From a virus (Duplodnaviria > Caudoviricetes), in the IMG/VR virus record IMGVR_UViG_3300032007_000054, positions 26,167 through 90,166 of that record: 64,000 bases of DNA; one strand, written 5' to 3'. Made by a program: the position numbers and the translations under genes. Of the stretch, positions 57,170 to 64,000 are shown piece after piece. Numbering within the stretch: position 1 is the stretch's first letter; every line of letters starts with the position of its first letter. The notes below the pieces were generated by a model. It was not told where the DNA came from, made no database searches, and saw nothing but the letters and a program-made list of their open reading frames with translations.

Positions 57170-57540
57170 TGTACTATCTGTTGAAAATCCCGCTTAATAT
57201 GAATGACGAAAAGACTGTCATCACCCCGTCTGAAGAGATGGCTTTTGATATTTGGCATGCGGACGAGGCTTATGAACATTTCGCCAAGTCATGCTACCCG
57301 ACAACAAACTGGGAGATCATCGGACCAAAACCTAATAAGCAAAATTACGTAATTGCTTATTCTGTCTCGATCCCTGATATTTACAACGAGCTGCATAACA
57401 TCACCCTCCTCATCCATGCGACCGATGATGATAGCTGTGATGATGCCGCAGCAGATTGGATCCTGGATTACCAGAATGATATTCTCAAAGCCGAATGGCT
57501 CAAAAGCAACGAACTTCCGGATACACACAAGGAGAATTAA
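57169..57540 (+). CDS. Hypothetical protein
   Basis: TAATG coupling. Confidence 0.6.
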   Translation: MYYLLKIPLNMNDEKTVITPSEEMAFDIWHADEAYEHFAKSCYPTTNWEIIGPKPNKQNYVIAYSVSIPDIYNELHNITLLIHATDDDSCDDAAADWILDYQNDILKAEWLKSNELPDTHKEN

Positions 57541-57939
57541 ATGAATTTATATTTAGCTGAATACTTCAGTGATCTGTCCAATCCAAAGGACACGATGCAG
57601 ATGACAAACTTTATTGAGATCGGTATTTTTGACGCACAGCGCTATATTGAAGACTGGATCTTTATCTACGGCCATGTGGAAGATCCTACAGGCTTGATAT
57701 TCAGAAAGCAGTATGATGAACTCCCGAATCAACTGGCTCCGTGTATGGTTGCTTATACGGACGACACTCATGAAAACTTCTGCCGGCAATTTCTCATTAT
57801 CTGTGCGACTGAGATGCCGGAAGCGGAAGACATTGCAGATATTGAATCCTGGAATCATATTTTAGATTCCGTTACTTTAGTCGAACCTGAAGATGAGCCT
57901 GAGATCGAGGAGACAGATGGAGCTGACGACGCAGATTAA
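57541..57939 (+). CDS. Acidic hypothetical protein
   Basis: AAGGAG RBS. Confidence 0.6.
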   Translation: MNLYLAEYFSDLSNPKDTMQMTNFIEIGIFDAQRYIEDWIFIYGHVEDPTGLIFRKQYDELPNQLAPCMVAYTDDTHENFCRQFLIICATEMPEAEDIADIESWNHILDSVTLVEPEDEPEIEETDGADDAD

Positions 57940-58210
57940 TTGGCTTCCTATTTTAAACAGCTGGAAACCTTTGACCTGGTCTGAACTGACCAGTCCCGAA
58001 ATGGTAGATCATTATATTTGGGTGATCTACCCATATCCTCAAAAGAGTGAAGACCCGTTTACCGAAGAAGTTCTGAAGATCGTCGGAATGGATCGGGTAG
58101 ATGATAAATGGGCTGTTGTTGTAAAGAATTACAGTGATGAGGATTTCCTTATTCTGGAAGAGGGCAAAGGAGCTCTCTGGGAAGCTTATGAGATCAAACA
58201 AGGTATTTAA
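57917..58210 (+). CDS. Hypothetical protein
   Basis: PLTWSEL..IW..W.AY module similar to C-terminus of 26475. Confidence 0.6.
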   Translation: MELTTQINWLPILNSWKPLTWSELTSPEMVDHYIWVIYPYPQKSEDPFTEEVLKIVGMDRVDDKWAVVVKNYSDEDFLILEEGKGALWEAYEIKQGI

Positions 58211-58219
58211 GGAGATTTT

Positions 58220-58567
58220 TTGATGAATGCATTCAGAACCGTGCAGGATGCCATTGACGGGCATTTCTGCTGTGACATTGCAGCAATCGGAAGACAGAGC
58301 CTGATGGACTGCGAACATTGTCCGTATAATGATGAAGAAGATAAGCTTGGTAACTGTGTTGCCCGGCTTAACAATGATATTCAGTATTTCCTGAAACAGG
58401 AATTGAAACATCAGCAAGCTGAACAGCAAAAAGTACAGCCAATGCTTCCAGGTATTTTTGATGATGCGGTTGATACAATCGCTGAAAAACTAAAGGAAAT
58501 GGCCGAAGAAACTGAGCCTGAAGAAGAGAAAAAAGATTTTCATAAAAAGAAATGGAATCATAAATGA
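58220..58567 (+). CDS. Cys-rich hypothetical protein
   Basis: CC..CEHCPY..C..L..D. Confidence 0.65.
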   Translation: MMNAFRTVQDAIDGHFCCDIAAIGRQSLMDCEHCPYNDEEDKLGNCVARLNNDIQYFLKQELKHQQAEQQKVQPMLPGIFDDAVDTIAEKLKEMAEETEPEEEKKDFHKKKWNHK

Positions 58568-58782
58568 TTACGGAAAATACTATTCGTGAAACTCGCGACC
58601 GGTTGGATGATATCTGCAAAGATTGGGATAAAACTTCAGATGATTATAGAGCGGTCAAATCAGCTGCTATTTATCTGAATGAATTTATGCAGTTTTTGAT
58701 CTACATCAAAGGTACGGACGCAGCTCGTTCGTACGGGAATTTTATTATTGATAATGAAACTTATGATTCGGATGAATGGTAA
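58564..58782 (+). CDS. Hypothetical protein
   Basis: ATGA overlap. Confidence 0.6.
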   Translation: MITENTIRETRDRLDDICKDWDKTSDDYRAVKSAAIYLNEFMQFLIYIKGTDAARSYGNFIIDNETYDSDEW

Positions 58783-59079
58783 ATGAAAAGTATCCATGAC
58801 ATATTATGGGGAAGCTCCTGCTGCATGCAGTATGATGAGCCGCTTTGTTACAGCTGTGCTTACAAAGGGATCAAGGATTGCAGCGAAGTTCTCCATGATG
58901 ATATTTATGCTATGTTGGAGCAGGGACGAATCCGCATCAGCAGTGATGGTTTATATGAACCGGCGGACATGGAAACAATGAAAAAAGTAAAAACCAAGAG
59001 GAAGAATGGACGACGATATTCTGACGGTGAACGCAGAAAAGGACGGCATGAACAATACGGGATTTTTGATGAAAACTGA
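58783..59079 (+). CDS. Cys-rich hypothetical protein
   Basis: CC..CYSCAY..C..L.DD, paralog-like to 58220. Confidence 0.6.
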   Translation: MKSIHDILWGSSCCMQYDEPLCYSCAYKGIKDCSEVLHDDIYAMLEQGRIRISSDGLYEPADMETMKKVKTKRKNGRRYSDGERRKGRHEQYGIFDEN

Positions 59080-59084
59080 TCTGA

Positions 59085-59500
59085 AAAATGGTCAAAAATC
59101 CGTGGCCAATTTTGTGGCCAAAAATCTTGAATTGGCCGCCTTTTTTGCAAAAGTTTGGATCCGGAAGATGACCAAAAAGTGAAAAATTTGCATTTTGGCC
59201 AAAAAAAGTGGCCAATTGGCCAATTTTTTTTGACAGGGTGGCCACGAAAAAATGGCAAATTTACTCGTAAAAATCGGCAAAAAATGGCTTTGTGGCCAAA
59301 AACCCACCCTTTTCCCTTATTAATTTTAAAAAAGATAAATAAATTTTAAAAAGAATTAGAAAGTAGGTGGGTTTTTGGCCACGGACTTAAAAATCGGGGA
59401 TTTTTTCTGCTGATTTGAAGGTCCGGAAATCAGGGCTGATTAACGTCTGATTAAGGTTGCCGAAAGGTCTGATTAAGGTCGTACGGACGATTTTTAAAAA
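59085..59500. repeat. Repeat-rich non-coding region, candidate replication origin
   Basis: Clustered TGGCCA, 17-bp perfect IR 59292-59308/59366-59382 around an AT-rich core, three CTGATTAA(C/G)GT direct repeats. Confidence 0.6.
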
Positions 59501-59567
59501 CCTCCAAAAGAGTGACGGATGTTATAATCAATGACAGAAACGCTTTAATGGAGGTTTTAATTTTTAG

Positions 59568-59864
59568 ATGTCAATCGATTATGATCTCGGTGCCCTGATG
59601 GGTGACCGATATGAAGAAGTGTATGATCAGGATGGCAATGGTGTTCTTACTGATTGCTGCGGAGTATATATGGTTTGGGATTCACAGACCGGAAAGTATA
59701 TTTGCCCAAGATGCAAGGACCAGATCAGCAGACAGGAATTTCTTGATGAGTATGTAGAAGCTTATGGTCCGGAATGCTACGGATGCAAAACGAATTATCC
59801 GCAGTGCATTATTTGTCATCGCGGTCATCAAAAAGATTTGGATGAAAGAGAAGACAGAATTTGA
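59568..59864 (+). CDS. Cys-rich zinc-binding protein
   Basis: DCCG, ICPRC, CYGC..QC..C. Confidence 0.7.
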   Translation: MSIDYDLGALMGDRYEEVYDQDGNGVLTDCCGVYMVWDSQTGKYICPRCKDQISRQEFLDEYVEAYGPECYGCKTNYPQCIICHRGHQKDLDEREDRI

Positions 59865-60059
59865 GCGATTTTTAGTAATTGCGAAATTTACATGTCCTAT
59901 TATAGAGAGAAGGAGAATATATCATCGACTTCTCTTTTTTTTTGTAATGTGTGTTATTGGTATAAGCCGATTAGCATAGTTGTTCATTACACTCCTTTCT
60001 ACAAGGCCATGGATCATGTTAGGTTCATGGCCTCTTATTTTTTACAAAAAAGGATACAT

Positions 60060-60347
60060 ATGCTGGAACGAAATTTTCAAGCGCAGTTGATCAAGGAACT
60101 GAAAGAAACATTTCCGGGAGCAATTGTGCAAAAGATCGATTCTTACATTCAGGGATTTCCGGATGTGCTGATTTTATACAGAGACAAATGGGCTGCACTT
60201 GAATGCAAGAAATCTGAAAAAGAACGTAAACAACCTAACCAGGAATTTTATGTGGATCTGTTGAATGAAATGTCATTTTCCAGATTCGTATATCCCGGCA
60301 ACAAGGAGAAAGTTATCCATGAACTTCAACGATCATTCGAAGCTTGA
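60060..60347 (+). CDS. VRR-NUC-like nuclease/resolvase
   Basis: ERNFQ..IQGFPDV.ILY..WAALECK..QPNQE.YV. Confidence 0.8.
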   Translation: MLERNFQAQLIKELKETFPGAIVQKIDSYIQGFPDVLILYRDKWAALECKKSEKERKQPNQEFYVDLLNEMSFSRFVYPGNKEKVIHELQRSFEA

Positions 60348-60882
60348 AGGGATGCACGCATTTTTAGGTGCGAGCAAGTACCATTGGATCAACTATGATG
60401 AAGAAAAGCTCGTTGAAGTATATCGAAACGATCTGGCAAAAGAGCGCGGCACAATGCTGCATGATTTTGCTTCGCAGTGTATCAAGCTGAATCAGCGTCT
60501 TCCGAAATCTCAATTGACTTTGAATATGTTTGTGAATGACGCAATCGGTTACAAGATGAGATCCGAGCAGATCCTCTATTATTCGGAATTTTGCTTCGGC
60601 ACTGCTGATGCGATCTGTTTTCGGAAGAACATGCTGCGGATCCACGATCTTAAGACCGGAGCAACTCCGGCACATATGGAACAGCTCTATATTTATGCTG
60701 CGTTATTCTGTCTGGAGTATCACTACAATCCGCATGACATTGTGACTGAACTGCGAATTTATCAGAGCAACGAAGTAGTTATCGAAGAAGCTGATCCTGA
60801 GGATATTTCCGACATAATGGAAAAGATCAAAACTTTCGACAAAATTTTAAAAGAAATCCAGTATAAGGAGAGTGAGGCTTGA
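60319..60882 (+). CDS. PD-(D/E)XK (Cas4/RecB-like) exonuclease
   Basis: RGT.LH, FGTADAI..IHDLKTG, QLYIYA. Confidence 0.8.
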   Translation: MNFNDHSKLEGMHAFLGASKYHWINYDEEKLVEVYRNDLAKERGTMLHDFASQCIKLNQRLPKSQLTLNMFVNDAIGYKMRSEQILYYSEFCFGTADAICFRKNMLRIHDLKTGATPAHMEQLYIYAALFCLEYHYNPHDIVTELRIYQSNEVVIEEADPEDISDIMEKIKTFDKILKEIQYKESEA

Positions 60883-63629
60883 TGAACTATATTGCAGAAG
60901 ACATTATGCTGGCAATCGCCCGGCAACTGAACAATGATACTGCTAAGGATATTTTGATGCATTATGGCACCAAGCGGCACTCAGGTCGATATCCCTGGGG
61001 ATCCGGTGATGATCCTTATCAACATGAAATCGATTTTCGCAACCGTGTGATCAAACTGCGAAAAAAGGGATACGACGAAATCGAGATCGCAAGACGATGC
61101 GGTTACGAGACTACAAGCGAACTGCGAAGCGCACTGCGCAAAGCCAATAACGATATTCGGTCTTACCGGATGCATTGGGGTCAAGCATTATTGGATGATG
61201 GTTTGACTCCTGCTGAAGCATCCCGCCGAATGGGTATTTCTGATTCAACATTCCGGGCGATGATGAATGAGCAGACAATGGCCCGTGCGCAGAAAGCACA
61301 GCAGGTCGCAGATCATTTAAAGACAATTGTCGACGATAAAGGTCCGATCGATATCGGTACCGAAGTCAACCGTGAGCTAGGTATTTCCAAAGAGAAGCTC
61401 ATGCAGGCCGTCGATATTTTAAAAGAACAAGGTTATGAAGTTCGTGTCGGATCTATGCCTCAGGTAACTAATGAACATGGGCAGCGTACAACTTTGAAAG
61501 TATTGTGTCCTCCCGGAGCTCCGAAAAACCAGGCATATCGTTACGACGAAATTTCATCTCTGCAGGATTATGCCTCAGAATATTACTCTCATGACAATGG
61601 TGAAACTCTCTCCAAATTCCGATATCCCGAGAGCATGGATTCCAAGCGAATTTATTTCCGCTACGCTGAAGACGGCGGTGACAAGAAAGACGGATTAATT
61701 GAGATACGGAGAAATGTTCCTGATTTATCGCTGGGCAATTCCCGATATTCTCAGATCCGTGTTCTTGTCGATGGGAATAAATATATTAAAGGTATGGCAG
61801 CTTATTCTGATGAGATACCAGATGGTTACGATATGGTGGTGAATTCCCATTATTCTAAAGCCAGTGGTAAAGCACTTAAGGATATTAAGCCTGACCCGAC
61901 AAATCCTTTCGGTTCTTATATCGGTCCGAAAGGTCAAAGTGAATGGACAGATGAGAAGGGTAAAAAACATTTATCGTTAATTAATAAACGGGCAGATGAA
62001 GGTGACTGGAATGACTGGTCCAAATCTTTGCCTTCTCAATTTTTGTCCAAGCAAAATATGAAATTAATTAAAAATCAGCTGGATCTGTCGATCGCCGATA
62101 AATATGCTGAATATGAGGATATTTGTAATTTAACAAATCCGACTGTCAAGCGGCGATTATTAGAATCTTTTGCTGAAGACTGCGACGCAACATCCGTTCA
62201 TCTGGATGCTGCCGCTCTTCCGCGTCAGCGGTTCCAGGTTATTATTCCAATTTCCTCTTTGAAGGATACGGAAATTTATGCTCCGAATTTTAAAGACGGA
62301 GAACAGGTCGCTCTTGTGCGTTACCCTCATGGCGGTATTTTTGAGATCCCTGTCCTGAAGGTCAATAACAAGAACAAGGAAGGAATTTCCAGACTGACCA
62401 AGAATCCTACTGATGCTGTCGGTATTAATGCAGAAGTCGCCAAGCAATTATCCGGTGCGGACTTCGACGGCGATACCGTTATGGTGATCCCAATTTCCTC
62501 AAAAGTGAATATTTCTCACTCTAAATATTTGGATCAGTTGAAAGACTTCGATCCTCAGATGAAATATCCTGAAGTACCAGGCATGAAATATATGCAGCGT
62601 ACTGATGTGGAGATGGGGAAAATTACGAATTTAATCATGGACATGACCCTTGCAGGCGCTACCGATGATGAAGTGGCTCGTGCTGTCAAGCACTCTATGG
62701 TCGTCATCGATGCAAAGAAGCACAAGCTTAACTGGAAATTATCTGAAGAAGAGAATAAAATTCAGGAGCTTAAGGACAAATATCAGGGTCACTATGATGA
62801 AGACGGTCACTGGCGTCATGGTGCCGGTACGATCGTCACACGGTCTAAGAACCAGGTTCCTGTGACCAAGCGTCGTGGTGAATTTTCTATCGACGAGGAC
62901 ACAGGTAAGAAGATCTGGAAAGAGGCCTATGATGCGCACTATGTGGATAAGAATGGCAAGCCTAAGATCCGTACTCAGCAGAGTGTGCGCATGCTGGAGA
63001 CTGACGATCCATATTCTCTGGTTTCTGAAAGACAGCATCCTACTGAGATGCTCTATGCACGCTACGCTTCACAGCTGAAGGCTCTTGCCAATCAGGCACG
63101 TAAGGAGTACAAGTTCAACACTCCGAAGCTTGAGTACAGTCCTTCCGCTGCAAAGGTGTTCGAGGCTGAAGTGAAGTCTCTTAAGGAGAAGCTTGAGCGG
63201 TCTCGGTTGAATGCGCCTCGTGAACGTGAAGCACAACGCCGTGCTAACGTGATGCTTGAAGATGCTTTCCGTCGTGAGCCTTCTTTGCGTGATGACAAGA
63301 AGGAACGCGGTAAGCTGGCTCAGCAGTACCTTACTTCAGCCCGAATCGATGTCGGTGCTCAGCGGTATAAGATCGATATCGAACCTTCTGAGTGGGCAGC
63401 GATCCAGGCTGGAGCTATTTCTGACAATTTCCTGAAGCAAATATTAGATGCTACGGATACAAATACCATTCGGGAATATGCTACTCCGCGCTCATCAAAT
63501 TCTTTGAGCAGTGCGAAGAAGACCCGTTTGCTGGCATTGAACCGTTCCGGGTATACGAATCAGGAAATTGCTGATGCCCTTAATGTACCGATTTCTACAG
63601 TACTCTATTATCTGAAGAACAAAGACTAA
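60879..63629 (+). CDS. Candidate single-subunit two-barrel RNA polymerase with HTH domains
   Basis: D271G..Q292IR..K304GM; R481YP; G526ADFDGD532; HTH motifs near both termini. Confidence 0.75.
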   Translation: MMNYIAEDIMLAIARQLNNDTAKDILMHYGTKRHSGRYPWGSGDDPYQHEIDFRNRVIKLRKKGYDEIEIARRCGYETTSELRSALRKANNDIRSYRMHWGQALLDDGLTPAEASRRMGISDSTFRAMMNEQTMARAQKAQQVADHLKTIVDDKGPIDIGTEVNRELGISKEKLMQAVDILKEQGYEVRVGSMPQVTNEHGQRTTLKVLCPPGAPKNQAYRYDEISSLQDYASEYYSHDNGETLSKFRYPESMDSKRIYFRYAEDGGDKKDGLIEIRRNVPDLSLGNSRYSQIRVLVDGNKYIKGMAAYSDEIPDGYDMVVNSHYSKASGKALKDIKPDPTNPFGSYIGPKGQSEWTDEKGKKHLSLINKRADEGDWNDWSKSLPSQFLSKQNMKLIKNQLDLSIADKYAEYEDICNLTNPTVKRRLLESFAEDCDATSVHLDAAALPRQRFQVIIPISSLKDTEIYAPNFKDGEQVALVRYPHGGIFEIPVLKVNNKNKEGISRLTKNPTDAVGINAEVAKQLSGADFDGDTVMVIPISSKVNISHSKYLDQLKDFDPQMKYPEVPGMKYMQRTDVEMGKITNLIMDMTLAGATDDEVARAVKHSMVVIDAKKHKLNWKLSEEENKIQELKDKYQGHYDEDGHWRHGAGTIVTRSKNQVPVTKRRGEFSIDEDTGKKIWKEAYDAHYVDKNGKPKIRTQQSVRMLETDDPYSLVSERQHPTEMLYARYASQLKALANQARKEYKFNTPKLEYSPSAAKVFEAEVKSLKEKLERSRLNAPREREAQRRANVMLEDAFRREPSLRDDKKERGKLAQQYLTSARIDVGAQRYKIDIEPSEWAAIQAGAISDNFLKQILDATDTNTIREYATPRSSNSLSSAKKTRLLALNRSGYTNQEIADALNVPISTVLYYLKNKD

Positions 63630-63652
63630 AGGAAAGGAGCCCAATTTTCTCT

Positions 63653-63979
63653 ATGGACAAGAATCAGTTCTGTTACTTGACTACTGTTGACAATCCATAC
63701 GACAAGATCGAAGACTACGACCAATGGTTGGGCTTTGACACTGAGATGGGTTACTATTCAGATGCGTACCTCGATCGCATTGCGAAGATCTCGCCGGCTA
63801 TGAGTGAGATCGAGAAGGAAAGAGAGTACGAAAGAGCGATCGATGAGATCATCAAGTACGACTTTCGTAACATCTACGTTAAGAAATATGGAAATAAGGA
63901 TGAGGAAATCATAAATGATGACCCCTCTCAATCTTTAGACGACATTTTAAACGAGATGGTATGGGGGGGCATTCGCTAA
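63653..63979 (+). CDS. Conserved phage protein
   Basis: LTTVDNPYD....WL.FD..GY; AAGGAG RBS. Confidence 0.65.
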   Translation: MDKNQFCYLTTVDNPYDKIEDYDQWLGFDTEMGYYSDAYLDRIAKISPAMSEIEKEREYERAIDEIIKYDFRNIYVKKYGNKDEEIINDDPSQSLDDILNEMVWGGIR

Positions 63980-64000
63980 AAAACCACCCCCTCCCCCAAT

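Noticed and set aside
58905-59349. Four ORFs over the repeat region
   Set aside because: Low-complexity translations of TGGCCA/A-tract repeats on both strands; likely non-coding
60319-60882. Cas4 as part of a CRISPR adaptation module
   Set aside because: No Fe-S cysteines evident and no cas1/cas2; an ordinary phage PD-(D/E)XK exonuclease
1-64000. Alternative genetic code
   Set aside because: Genes are long, contiguous and coupled under the standard code

Overview
Part of a temperate siphovirus-like phage genome, probably infecting an anaerobic Firmicute (inferred from AAGGAG RBSs and a class III RNR). Head, terminase, tape-measure and lysis genes are not in the window. Layout: baseplate and a paralog-rich tail-fibre block (1-15.5 kb); a tyrosine integrase, the only credible minus-strand gene, with an att-like region (15.5-17 kb); an array of small self-contained promoter-ORF-terminator cassettes plus short structured RNA-like units (17-23 kb); a paralogous membrane/coiled-coil family (23-33 kb); a helicase-primase-PolB fusion, SSB, dUTPase, NrdH/NrdD/NrdG and SF2 helicase (33.8-45 kb); many small early-type genes (45-59 kb); an ori-like repeat region (59.1-59.5 kb); two nucleases and a 916-aa protein. 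The strongest lead is a candidate phage-specific transcription system. The 916-aa protein carries two-barrel RNA polymerase motifs (DG..QIR..KG, RxP, GADFDGD) fused to HTH domains. About 20 copies of a promoter-like motif have non-sigma70 spacing, and two genes encode alphaCTD-like domains. Two strand-oriented motifs (TTCAAAATGG, TTGATATTT) divide the genome into two zones. Several structured RNA candidates occur, including a tRNA-like and a hammerhead-like element. All family calls are by motif recognition only; no searches were run.
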